Below are positions 26,244 through 38,659 of a DNA stretch of 64,000 nt, piece after piece. The translations under genes were made by a program, and so were the position numbers. The first letter of the stretch is position 1. The number at the start of each line of letters is the position of its first letter. The notes beneath the pieces are model-generated. The model was not told the DNA's origin, made no database searches, and saw only the letters and a program-made list of their open reading frames with translations. This DNA comes from Eledone cirrhosa (taxonomy: Eukaryota): positions 367,536,001-367,600,000 of the forward strand of contig OZ024743.1 in assembly GCA_964016885.1 (NCBI GenBank). The letters run 5' to 3'.

Positions 26244-27980
26244 CAGTGGAGTTTGAGACTGGCTTCCCATGGGAGCTCCTGTATGCTGATGATCTTACAC
26301 TTATAGCTGAGTCTATGGTGAAATTAGAGAAGAAATTCCAAACCTGGAAGCATGGCCTAAAAAAGGAGTCTTAAAGTCAACCTCACAAAGACTAAGTTCC
26401 CAGTAATTAGAAGGGAAAACAGAACCCGCAGGGAAATGGCCTTGCTCAGTGTGTAAGAGAGGTGTAGGTAGAAATTCCATCCTCTGTCCCAAATTTAAAC
26501 TATGGGTACACAAGAGATGTAGTGGGATCTCAGGGAGTTTAGCTAAGAATGTAGGTTTTACATGTAGCCATTGCAGTGGAGCAGTAAGCAGAAAATGATT
26601 GCAGGAAACAAGTGCTATCAAATTCAGGAAAGGTTCGGTAGAAGCAGTAGACAGCTTCTGCTACATCATCATCATCATCATCATTTAACGTCCATTTTCC
26701 ACGCCAGCGTGGGTCTGGACGGGAAATTGTCCCACTTGAGGCAAGATTGGTTGTCTTGCTCAGGACTGTATGGCGGGTTTTCTACGGCTGGATGCCCTTC
26801 CTAACACCAACCACATTTACAGTGTGGACTGGGAGGTTTTTACCATGCTACCTACAAGGCCACATTACAGCGTGGACTGTGTGTTTTTTTTGTCGTGACA
26901 CCTACACGACCTCATTTATTTAGGACTGGATGTTGTGGTACCAACATAGCTTTATATCAAAAGGGGTGGTGTAGATGGTGGTGGGGGTAGGGTTGGGACG
27001 GAGGTGTATTTTGGTTAAGAGGTGCCTACTGACTGTAGGTTTCGCTTTGTACTTAGGCAAGGCGGGTCTTCTGTATTACTATGTAGCGCCAAAGATCTCG
27101 GTCCAGTGACATTGTCTTGGAGAGATGTAAGTGTGTGAGGTCAGATTTTATCAAGTCGTCCTAGGTTTTTCTCGGTCTGCCTACTCCGTAGCTACCGTCT
27201 ATTTTGATCGCCCTGCACTTTTTTATACAGCTGTCATCTTTCATGCGCATCACGTGACCATACCAACATAGTCTTCTCTCGAGTAAACAGGATCTGATCC
27301 CTGGCTAACCAAATTAGAAGTGGAGGTGGGTGTTCTGAAAGTACAGTAGCCAGAGTGAGAACGGGATAAAAATTCAGAGAGCTACTACCACTGCTAGCTA
27401 CAAAAGGCTTTTCCCTCAAAATGAAAGGCAGACTGTATGATAGATGCATATGAACAGCAATGTTGCATGGTAGTGAGACCTGAGCGCTGTGAAGACTTGC
27501 AAATATTGGAAAGAAATGAAGCTTGCTTCAATGGATGTGTAATAGTAATATATATGAACAGCAAAGCATAAACAAACTGAGAGAAAAAGTAGGCATAAGA
27601 GGAATCCGATGCAGTGAGTAGGAGAGGAGATTGAGTTGGTATGGACATATGATGCGTATGAAAGATGACAGCTCTATAAAAAGGTGCAGGATACTCAAAG
27701 TTGATGGGAGCCTTGGAGTGGGGTGACCCAGGAAAACTTGGGATGAGGTGATAAAAGCTGAAGCATACATCTAGTGAAGCCTCCAGGCCACACTGTAAAA
27801 TGGTAGTGTTGGTGTCATGACAAAAAGCACCCAAAGTGATTGCCATTGGGAAGGACATAGAGCTGTAGAAACAAGCCAAAATCAGTTCTGTATGAGCAAG
27901 ACATGGCCACCTGACCTGGCATTTCTCACAACAGGACAACTTGTTTAACCAATGCTAGCATAGAAAAAAGGACATATGAT
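26244..27980. mobile_element. Rearranged RTE-X LINE fragments (+ 26244-26665, - 26665-27297, + 27300-27980)
   Basis: WELLYADDL motif, PHD-like Cys/His segment, and two 3' UTR/(GAT)n tails in opposite orientation, all matching 48415-51003. Confidence 0.8.
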
Positions 27981-28101
27981 GATGAGGATGATGATGATGA
28001 TATATATATATAATGTTAAGACCCTCTTCCTGCTATATCAAGCGTTAACCTAAGATATACCTTCCATATACTGTACCGATTGTGTTGTTATTTCTGTTTA
28101 C

Positions 28102-28152
<51 letters not shown>

Positions 28153-28363
28153 GATAACAAGTTATCGTTTTAGGTAATCCAGTTAGAGGTTGTGAGTACT
28201 CTGTACTATGGATAGTTTTAATGTACGCCGTTGTTTGACTCAAGAAGAGGTTTCCATAGTTAGGTAGCGAGTTCGCGAGAATTCCTATGCAGGTTATTCT
28301 TGGAGTAATAATAGTGAAAGATTGAAGAATAACATAGTCGGCTGTACAAAAAGGGTTTTATTT

Positions 28364-28480
28364 CAAGTATTAACAATTGTTTCATTGATCAGGTGAGTCT
28401 AAAAGCCGCTAATCACTCGAAGTTGCGTCACTCGACCTTAAATACAGTGTTTACCTCTGATCAAATCATCGGAATACTGG
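28364..28480 (-). ncRNA. Hammerhead motif with long stem II, core variant CCGATGA
   Basis: AGTATT CCGATGA T-TTGATCAG..CTGATCAA-T GAAA CAATTG TT AATACT. Confidence 0.65.
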
Positions 28481-28542
28481 AGGTTTTACATATGGCATTG
28501 GTATATATAGAGATACAAGAGAGAATCAAAACAATAACATCA

Positions 28543-28733
28543 ATAATTGTTTCTACGTTAGGCACAAGGCCAGCAATTACCCAGTGTATTACTGGTACTT
28601 TATTTTATCGACCCCGTAAGGATGAAAGGCAAAGTTAACCTCAGCGGGATTTGAACTCAGAATGGCAAGGGCCGTAACTCTATGCATCAAAGCATGCCGT
28701 CCGACCCTCTACCAATACTGCCAATCCACTCAA
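28543..28733 (-). mobile_element. tRNA-derived SINE with Meta-like domain
   Basis: gttcaaatcccgc.gaggttaactttgcctttcatccttacggggtcgataaaataaagtaccag..ctggg. Copies at 43535 and 55167. Confidence 0.8.
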
Positions 28734-28814
28734 TAATAAAAGATAATGATAAAGAGGTAAAGAAGATAGAATGAAGATGGTACAGATGTAAAAAATAAGT
28801 AAAAAAATATAATA

Positions 28815-29625
28815 ATGGCTATCTAGGTACTCGGTGTCATAAATAAGTCTAAGTAGGAGGCCCAGTTCATCTGTGTCGACGTCGCAGAACTCCACCTCAC
28901 TCTCATTGATTATTTCCACACATTTTTCCACAGCAAAATCAATGTTAATGGATGGGTACAGTGATACCACGTCCATACTGCCTATTATGCAGTTAGATAA
29001 GTTTTTGTTTTTGTGGCACTCATTGATTCTGCTGAGGAGGTCCTCTGTACTGCCACATACATCTGGGGACATCTTAATTATGGGGCGTATAACCATTGAG
29101 AGGAAGTAGGAGATCCTGTAGTTGCTAGCGATATTGGCTCCACATACAGGTCTTGTTGGTGGTCCTGTCGTTGGGTTGTCGACTGTCTTATGGTCTTTGC
29201 GGAGCCCATACAAGGGTGGTATGTCATTGTTAGATGCCTGGAAGTTGTTGGCAGTGTGTCTGTTTGGCTTTAGGATGTTGGTCCACATCATCATGTAAGC
29301 GTTGAGGATCTTCTCTCTCCCCGCATGTGTTTGCTGTGTAGTTTCGCTTGTGTTGATGATGAGGGGTTGCATAGCCTTGATATAGTTCGGCATGCTGCCT
29401 ATTGACATCCTACCAGATTTATCTGTGGGTAGATACACTACCTCACCATCCTTTGTGCGCTGCTTGAGGCTAACTAAGCCTTCTACAGGTTTCCTTCCAA
29501 GTTGTTGGATTTCTGGTCTGCTTTGTCTCTTTGTATATCGGTCTACTATTTGTCCAAGTTTATTTCTAGCTATGGTGAATTGTGCCTCTGTTTCGTCATC
29601 TATTTGTTGTGGTATATTTGTGATC
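28815..29625 (-). mobile_element. Penelope-like reverse transcriptase, N-terminal half
   Basis: PTDKSGR, PPLYGLRKDHK..PTRPVCGA, STEDLL and GSMDVVSLYPSI are PLE RT motifs up to motif A. Confidence 0.85.
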
Positions 29626-29912
29626 AGGTGAGAAAAATAGTCGCACATGCAATAGAGGCTAGTGTTAAAACTACCCTAAAGGGCCATATATTCAAATTCA
29701 ATGAAAAGATCTACACCCAAAATGAGGGAGCAGCCATTGGCGTCAGCATAGCTGGTGATGTTGCCAATCTTTTTATGGTATGGTGGGAAAGGAGACTCAA
29801 TGATCTCCTTAATGAGAGCTCCATAGACCTCATCATGTACTCTCGTTACATAGACGATATTAATATAGTAATAAGGACAGCCAACAAAAGAGTACTAACG
29901 AACATGATTTAG
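29625..29912 (+). mobile_element. Penelope-like reverse transcriptase, motifs B'-C (inverted relative to the N-terminal half)
   Basis: HIFKFNEKIYTQNEGAAIGVSIAGDVANLFMVWWE..MYSRYIDDINIV. Confidence 0.85.
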
Positions 29913-29999
29913 AATATAGCACAATGTCCTTTTCAAAAAGACTGCAAAGGAGGAGAGCAAATGAACAGTCCCCCAGAAATTGCTATTAGCCCATTGCAA

Positions 30000-30600
30000 A
30001 ACGATGCACCAACACCCACTACCTGAACTGCTGAGAGTGACAGACAGCATGACCTTAGACCAGTAACAAATGATTTATCAGAAACAGACGTCCTATCTGC
30101 TGAGAATGACAACCAGTGTGTCCTGCGAAAAGCACAAAATGCTGCATTAAAAGCTGCTGCTCGAGCTGCTGAGACTGCAGAACAGCGTTACCTGTGTACA
30201 AGATAAAATGCTGCATCAACTGCTGCCACTCGAGCTGCTGAGAGTGCAGAACAGCATGCCCTACGTCAAACAGAAAATGCTTCATCAACTGCTACCACCC
30301 GTGCTGCTGAGAGTGCAGAACAGCGTGCCTTACATCAGGCAGGAGGTGCAGCATCAACTGTTGCCGCCCGAGCTGCTGAGACCTCCGACGCCCGACGGGA
30401 TCACCTGGAGTGTATCGTCCAATGTAGAAATACTCGGCAGGGTGTTTCAAGGCCATGTAGTTCAAGATGGCTACTAGAAGCATTTGAATATAGGCCCGAC
30501 AGCGATTATGCTAACCATCCAGACATATCAATTTCCAGTATGCAAGATACTTGCAAATTTTGCTCTGCGAATAAGTGGCCAGGAGAAGCATACGGGTTGA
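30000..30600 (+). mobile_element. Helitron RepHel N-terminal fragment (69-bp STPR-like repeats plus zinc finger start)
   Basis: Repeats with 69-bp period (about 30161, 30230, 30299, 30368) reading RAAE(T/S)AEQR..Q..NAASTAA, followed by EAFEYRPDSDYANHPDISISSMQDTCKFCSANKWPGE. Confidence 0.75.
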
Positions 30601-30902
30601 CCGTTTTCAAGGTGAACAGCAAGTTGATTTCTACAGCTGGATGCCCTTCCTAACACCAACCTCATTCACAGTGAGTGCTGGGTGCTTTTTTGCCATGGCA
30701 CCTCCATGAGAACTTTGCAGTGGAATGATAGGGACCCCAGTCCTATCATCTCATTTCTACAGCTGAGTAAAGTGGAGCAATGTCACATCTAACCCATGCT
30801 AGCATGGAAGATGGACGTTAAATGAAGATGATGATGATGATATATATATATTTATTAAAATAACAGATTAAAGTTTAAGCAAAGAATCGCTGCTTTCACC
30901 CT

Positions 30903-30960
<58 letters not shown>

Positions 30961-31007
30961 TCTCTCAACACTTTTCTTCCATCACTTCTCTATTTCTCTC
31001 TCCCTAT

Positions 31008-32665
31008 AGAGGTATAAAGCTGATGGACCAGGTCATGAAAGTAATGGAAAGAGTTATAGCACAGTTGATTAGGGACCGGGTAAAACTAGATGAGATGCAA
31101 TTTGGGTTTGTGCCAGGAAAAGGCACTACTGATGCCCTCTTCCTTGTGAGGCAGTTACAGGAAAAGTACCTAGTTAAAGGTAAGCCGCTCTACCTAGCAT
31201 TTGTCGATCTGGAAAAAGGCTTTGACAGAGTCCCTCGTGTTATAATGTGGTGGGCTCTTAGAAAACTAGGAGTAGATGAATGGCTTGTGAAAGCTGTACA
31301 AGCCATGTATAGAGGAGCAGTCAGCAAAGTTAGGGTTAGCAATGGCTATAGCGAGGAATTTAGCATACAGGTCGGTGTCCACCAGGGCTCTGTTCTTAGC
31401 CCTCTCCTGTTCATTATAGTATTGCAGGCAATAATGGAGGAGTTTAATCCCAGATGCCCATGGGAATTCCTATATGCGGATGATCTCACACTTATAGCCG
31501 AATCTATGGTGGAACTAGAGAAGAAATTCCAAACATGGAAGCAGGGACTAGAAAGAAAGGGTCTCAAAGTCAACCTGACAAAGACTAAGGTCCTCGAGAA
31601 AACAGAACCCAGATCCCCTCAGGGAAATGGCCTTGCTCAGTATATAGGAAAGGTGTAGGTAGGAACTCCATCCTCTGCTCCAAATGCAAATAATGGGTAC
31701 ACAAGAGATGTAGTGGGATCTTAGGAAGCTTAACTAAGAATGTAGGCTTCACATGTAGCAGCTGCACTGGGACAGCAAGCAGGGAACGGCCACAGGAAAC
31801 AAGCACCACTAAACTGGGAGGGCTCTGTAGAAACAGTAGACAGCTTCTGCTACCTAGGTGACTGAATTAGCAGCAGAGGTGGGTGTTTGGAAAGTACAAT
31901 AACTAGGGTAAGAACGGGATGGAAGAAGTTCAGGGAGCTACTGCCACTGCTAGCTGCAAAAGGCTTTTCTCTCAAAATGAAAGGCAGACTGTATGATGCG
32001 TGTATATGAACGGCAATGTTACATGGTAGTGAGACCTGAGCGCTGTCTGTACAAGACTTGTGTAGATTAGAAAGAAACGAAGCTTGCATGCTCCAATGGA
32101 TGTGTAATAGTAATATACACAAACGGCAAAGCATAAACGAATTGAGAGAGAGACTGAGGATAAGATGAATCAAATGTTTTGTGCAGGAGAGGCGGTTGCA
32201 TTGGTATGGACATGTGATACGTGTGAAGGATAACAGCTGCATAAAAAGGTGCAGAGCACTAGAAGTCGATGGAAGCCGTGAAGTGGGGAGACCCAAGAAG
32301 ACCTGGGATGAGGTGATAAAAGCCGACCTTACCCAATTGCACCTCTCAAAGGCGATGATGTCACGCAGTAATACAGAAGACCCAATTTCCCACGGGTACA
32401 AGCCAAAGCTGAATCATATATACAATATGCCTCCACCCCCTCCCACTGCAAAGTGGTCATGGAGGCACCACGGAAAAAAAGCACCCAGCACTCACTGTAA
32501 ATGAGGTTGGTGTTAGGAAGGGCATCCAGCTGTAGAAATCAACCCAAAATCAGTTCCCGTATGAGCAAGACAAGGTCAGCCGACCGGATACTGCCCACAA
32601 CATGACAACCCATCTAACCCATGCTAGCATGGAAGAACGGACGTAAAACAGTGATGATGATGATG
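31008..32665 (+). mobile_element. 5'-truncated RTE-X LINE, decayed
   Basis: [44 protein letters not shown], 3' UTR and (GAT)n tail. Confidence 0.92.
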
Positions 32666-33855
32666 AATCTATTCTCCTCTCACACATAAGCAACTCAGTG
32701 TCTTCTACCTTCTGTTAATTTCTTGGGGGGGGGGGGGGGGTTGCTTTTTACCTATAGAAAAATAGTCTAAATAATAGGACATATAAGTCCCTTTAATGGA
32801 AAAATATACATTAGCAGCTATGCCAATAAATACAATTTTTATATCGCCAGTTTACTTGGAATCTGCTTTTTTTTCTATCTATGTGTGAGACACAAACAAC
32901 CAGCTGAACTTGAACCTGGTTTATACAGACAGTTAATCAATGTTGTTAGCTTTGCTGATGATCAGTATCAATGTTGGCTCTGTCCTGTTATTAGGTCTTC
33001 ATGAGTACAGTTAATTATAATAATACAGCAAATATATCTAAATTACCACTGCCCATTTCAGACACTGAATACTAATGGTAAAATGGTTAAGCATATCTGA
33101 GAATTTCTGCCTTTCTCTTTCTCTTATCCCTTCAATAATCAATTTAATGATATTTGTTACTCAAGGCAAATTCTCCGGCCTTCACTTATTCTCATTAACT
33201 ATCTTCATTTCCTTTGTTCTCAAGAATTTTTCTAAATTCATGATTGCTTCATCAGCCTATCACATCTTGTCTAACTTCTTGATTGGACATCAAAGTGGAA
33301 AGATCACCATAACCCTGGAGATAGTTCTACATCAACATTTCAACCATTTCTAATTATATCCCTTGATGCTTACCTGGAAGCAGGCATCATCTCATTTCAA
33401 TTATTAACAGAACATTAGGGATGCTTGAGGTTTTACAACCTCCTTTACCATCACAATATATTTAGATACTTTATTTAGCTATTGCTGATCGCATTTCATA
33501 TGAAAGTTCATTTGAGCTAGGCAAGAGAGCAGAAAAAGAGATGCATTGTTTAATAAATGAAATAGTTAAAATATATTTTTTGACGATATTTGATGGCAAA
33601 TTCCATTTTGTCTTTTGAGACTGAATGTCATAGAAACGATCTTCCTTATAAATATTTAAGAGTTTACCACATACAGAGCGTATGTTTGTGTATGCACTTC
33701 CATAAACTCTTAAATACACACATGCACACACATATATATATGTGTACAAACAAACAGAAAAACAGTTTTGAAAGTTTTACAGCTACTTAAGTGAACCTGA
33801 TATTAGCAGTCATAATAGTTTCCATTTGAAGAACGTCAGCTAGTTAATTTAGAAC

Positions 33856-33980
33856 ATGCATTAAGAATTTTATACCTGTAATGCAGTGTTCATTAATATT
33901 GTAAACAATTTTATCACAGTGTTCAAATTGTTTACAATATTAATGAAGACTGCATTAGAGGCATAAAACTCTTAATGCAT
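33856..33980. repeat. ~125-bp near-perfect palindrome (MITE/hairpin-like)
   Basis: atgcattaagaattttat..ttcattaatattgtaaacaattt / aaattgtttacaatattaatgaa..ataaaactcttaatgcat. Confidence 0.8.
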
Positions 33981-34074
33981 AGAAATTGTGACCAAACTGC
34001 AGCTGTTACTGCAAGTAGCCTTTATGCACAGGTTATAATTGTAGGCAAGGAGATTGTACTGAGATAATGTAAGA

Positions 34075-34554
34075 TTTTTATCAATATAGCTATCTTTATA
34101 ACATTGAGCTCTATGTTAAGAAGTATTATAAACATTATAACTATCTTTACAATAGTAAAATCTATTTAAGGCGATAGTACTGATATCATAGGAGAAATAT
34201 TATCAACATAGTTATCTTTGTATTAGTGAGATTTATGCTAGGAGGTATTGATGTCATGTGAGAATTATTATCACCATAGCTATTTTTATAATAGTGAGCT
34301 CTTTGTTAGGATATAACACTGATATCATGTGAGAATTACTATCAACATAACTATCTTTATAATAGTGAGCTCTATGTTAAGAGGTAATACTGATATCATG
34401 TGAGAATTATTACCAACATAGCTACATTGATAATAATTCTAACATGATATCAGTATTATCTCTTTACATAGAGGTCATTATTATAAAGATAGTTATGTTG
34501 ATAGTAATTCTCACATGATATCAGTGTTATAACTGAACAAAGAGCTCACTATTA
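34075..34554. repeat. ~71-bp tandem minisatellite ending in a fold-back inversion
   Basis: Unit tgatatcatgtgagaattattatcaacatagctatctttataatagtgagctctatgttaagaggtaatac repeated about 5 times, then about 1.8 units reverse-complemented (34428-34554). Confidence 0.85.
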
Positions 34555-36453
34555 TCTAAATATATTGCGAGCACAAGATAACAAGAGGTATATTAGGGAT
34601 GCAATGGAATAATTAGGATAATGTATGTGCCTCACCTTGGTACATATTACACAGTGACATTGCTGAATATTGCCTTCCTGTCCACCGAAACTTGACCAGT
34701 TTGGCTGGATTTCGTATGTAAGTCCCATTGGAAATCCAGTATTCAAATACATAGAGGAGGACAAGCCCTTAAATAATTTCACTGATGATGGAGCGAAGTA
34801 AGTTATCCAGCTCAGCCCTCCATCCCTATAATCCAGTCCAGGGCAAGTCCAAAACACTTTGGCATTAAAGGAAGATAATAACCAGATACTTGTTTTTCAC
34901 CCAGTGACCTCTTACAGGGCAGATCTTTGGTATGTAAGTAGTTGGTCAAATGATTAAATAAGATTCACAAACTTATTGTTCCAGATATACCATGCTTCTG
35001 TCTAGTGGTGAAATATACTGTGCATTCAGACATGAAGTGATTTAATGCATTATAGCAATCAGAGCATGTAGCATTGTTTCTCTCTTCATACTATTCTTGT
35101 GTGCCAGTAGGTCCTGATGGTGGCCATAGCAAAAGTTAGATGAATTTATTTGGAGTCCTACAGTTGTTGATTCTCTAGAATTATCATTGATGGTATTCAT
35201 CTCAGTATGAGGTTATTGATATTGCTGTTGTTATATGAGCTTTTTAAAAAAAAATTATCTGAACTGAGAGAAAAGAGCATTTTTTAGAATAATGTTTTGT
35301 AATGAGTTGGGTGTTGAGAGGTGATTCTACATATAGTGCTTGGAAGTGTGAGTGCTGGAGCATGTGCTCTTTGTATGTGCTTGGATATTTTAGTTTTATT
35401 GTGCAGGTAGTCATCTATAGAAGTGGTCTCTGTGCAACCCATAATGATGTGAAGTGTAGTGTTTCATGTTTCTTTTGTAATTTGTTATGATAATATAGGG
35501 GATCCAAGAAGAACTAGCATAATGAATAATGGATATAATGTATTATTTCAGCATGCATGTTGTTTATAGAGTTAGCCTAACATAGTGCTTGTCAGTACTC
35601 TATATTTGTGTGTTGTTTTGCTTTCTGTAATGACTTCTTCATATGATGTGACTGTTGTTTTAGTGTTGTTCATAATTTCTAGTATTTGCTACCCCATAGT
35701 ACTGTGTTTAGGAAATTGGAGATGGGAGATATGTTGTTATTCTATTCAATATGAGATTGATTACTGAAGAGGTAGTTTATGGCTCAGTGTTTTGTGTTGC
35801 TTTTTTAAGGTGTTTATAAGTATCTAGCAGGGATTGGAGTAAATTTATTTGCTAATATCAATTGCAAGTTAGGATGATATGTGTATTTTTTTGTTGTTGA
35901 AGCTGTCATGTATTGTTTGTGAGAAGTTTGGTGATTGAGTGTAATGGTCTGAATCTATATTGTGACAAGGAAAGAGGAATGTATATGTTAGTAATATTAT
36001 GAATGAGTCTTTGTAGGTAGGGAGATGAGTCTATAGAATACCACTTTGGTTTGTTTGTTTTTTGATAACCTTTAGACATGTTAAAATTGTTCTAATTTAG
36101 CCCAATTTCCAAAAGCAGTGTTGTTATAAGTAGTTGATGTTGCTAATTACACCAATTCATTTAAGTCCAGGTTGTGTGTTTACATGAATATTTGTGATTT
36201 TACATCTTGTAGTGCTTTAGTTTTTAGATGTTCATATTGATTTTCCATTATCTTATGGAAGGTCATGGTATTGATGAAAAGGCTGTATCTTGCATTTTGT
36301 TTCTTTGTTGTATGTTTCTAGTAACAGATTTTAGAAAAGCATTTGTGAAGTGAATTTATTTACTGTTGGAGTGTGAATTTGTTACTTGACATAAATAGTG
36401 CGGTTTGATATGATTAGCCTTGATTGATGTTATTGATGGTGCTAATTATTTTG

Positions 36454-37512
36454 TACTAACTGAGGTACCTGGCTTCATCTGAGTAAACAAATGATAAAAG
36501 ACTGGTATAAAAGAAAATGAGTGTATTGGATGCGTTGTCTGGATTTTAAATGTAAAATAACCATAGTCAGTATGAACTTTTTCAGCTTCAAAGGTCGTCA
36601 TCTGAAACACAGCATTATACCACATAACATTGCTCCTAACATGTTTAGCTTCATTAGTATGGTCTGTAAGCTGTGTACGGATAACAGGTGGAGGGTCCTC
36701 TATCAGTGGGAGTCTGAACTTTCCTCCTAAACAACACATACCAAGTGTTTCTCCTTTCCATTTTCTGGCTCCACAACTACTGCATATAACATCCATGCTA
36801 CTAATCATGGCTTTAGGATCATTTCTATAATTTCTTGATGGCTGATATGAAAACACAGCTCTTAGCCAGTTTATTTAGCCTTGAGTAGGCTTGTCAAATT
36901 TGTGATTTTCATATTCAGCCTCTGTTTGTTGAGATCGTCTTTCTTGTTGCCTTAATCTTTCTGTTTCCCAACTCAGGCTTTGGTCACATTCAGAGTTGCG
37001 ATTCTCTTTCTTGTTGTCTTAATCTTTCTGTTCCTATCTCATATTTTGTTAAATGTCAGTGTTGTGATTGTTGTTCTTGTTGCCTGGCCCTTTTACTCAC
37101 AAGTCTTTTTTCATATTTTTCTTGATTCTCTCTTTCACTTAAAGATTTCACTCATTTGGCAGACCTAGAAGCTCACCCGATATACGAGCGGTGTTTAGAA
37201 GGCAATGTTGAAATTAATGTTCTTGGAAAATATTGTGAGCAGCAACAATACAGAGCAGTATAAAAAATGTAAATAAATGCAAAATAGCAGCCTATCACAT
37301 GGTCTTATGTGGCAGCCGTAGAGGATAGGTTGACACTCTATCAGAATAAGGTTAGTAACAACATTCGACAATATCTTAAAAAACTAAATTTGTATACACA
37401 GTAGATTCATTTCAAATAGGATCAATTTTATCATGATAGATTGTCAGTTTTCATTTTTGTATGGTTTGTGGTGACACCAACCAACAAAGATCTCTATTTT
37501 ATATTATATATA
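36454..37512 (-). mobile_element. Internally deleted Helitron (family A) retaining the RepHel N-terminus
   Basis: MDVICSSCGARKWKGETLGMCCLGGKFRLPLIEDPP..YNAVFQMTTFEA..FTFKIQ is the Helitron N-terminal zinc-finger region. STPR-like ETERLRQQERR repeats. TCTATATATAATATAAAATAG 5' end. 3' end homologous to 1745. Confidence 0.85.
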
Positions 37513-37559
37513 GATAGATATAGATAGAGATAGATAATCATATATATATGTGTGCGTGT

Positions 37560-37843
37560 GTGTGTAAACCAGCGTTTGATTCCATGGAGACGCTGGCTGC
37601 AAAACATGAACATCACTGACAATGGAAGCACAGAGAAGGTCCCTTATGATTATCTCCCAACCTGCTAGAAATAACAGTCGGGTAGTTAGCATACTTGGGA
37701 TGCTTTTCTCCTTTGATTTTATAAAATGAGTCTCATTAAACTTTCCTTATTCCATTAATGTACTTACTTTTCAATTGTCAGTTTTTGTTTTTGTGTGATG
37801 CACGAAGACACCAACAAACATATCTCTTTTATATTATATATAG
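37560..37843 (-). mobile_element. Helitron 5' module (family B)
   Basis: Starts TCTATATATAATATAAAAGAG. Homologous to 3005-3303. Confidence 0.6.
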
Positions 37844-38659
37844 ATAGCTTAAAGCTTGTTTTGGAGTTTACATCAGATATAAATGTTTACCAGTTTTTTA
37901 TTTTTCTTCATTTGGTTGCCTGATGCTACATTCTTTTTCCTTTTTGTATGATGTTGATTTGTTGTTCTAGTTATTTTTATCAAGTTGTCTATTTCATTTG
38001 TGTAATTTGGGTTAAATTTTTTAATGTTGCCTTGTGGGATATCTTTAGAAGTTTCTATAATTATTTTGTTGAAAGTGTGAACTGCAATATTCATGTGAAT
38101 AATTCTGGTGTTGTTCAGTTATGCAAACCTTAATTTTGTCTCATGGCAGAAATAACTCCATTGGAATATTTTAAAGTTAATGAAATTCTTTTTGTTTTGT
38201 TTATTAATGAGTGAATATTTTGTGAGACTGACAGACAGATAGGCAAAGAGAGTTTTAGAATTGTCTATAATGTAGTTCTGCTCTCTGCAAATGTAGAGTA
38301 GAAAGTGATATCTCTGATTCTACCACTGCTGTTTTGAATAGCTCATCAAGTAATGTAAAAATCATTCTGTCTCCTATCATTCCCCTGTCTAGTCCATTCA
38401 TATACATTACTATTTTCAGGTCCCAATATCACGTTTTCCTATCAGTAATTTTCTAATGATCTTGAATCGAAAATCGAAAATATCCTATCTCCTTTCAATC
38501 AAAAGTATTCTAGCTTCCCTATCTCTGTATCTCCAATTTTACTCACAATGTGCCCTAGCTCCCTTTTTACCACCCAGTCCTCTTTAAAGAACTCCATAGC
38601 CATTTGGACCAATACAAATTCAGCAGTGCATGGTATGTTTCACTAATCCAAATTTCTAT

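Larger units (their letters stand above)
28150..28815 (-). mobile_element. Penelope-like terminal repeat (pLTR) interrupted by a SINE
   Basis: Homologous to 51165-51330, 45370-45537 and 61130-61480. Contains an HHR motif and abuts a PLE RT fragment. Confidence 0.7.

Noticed and set aside
30208-30477. 89-aa repetitive ORF MLHQLLPLELLRVQNS
   Set aside because: Alternative frame of the Helitron STPR-like repeats.
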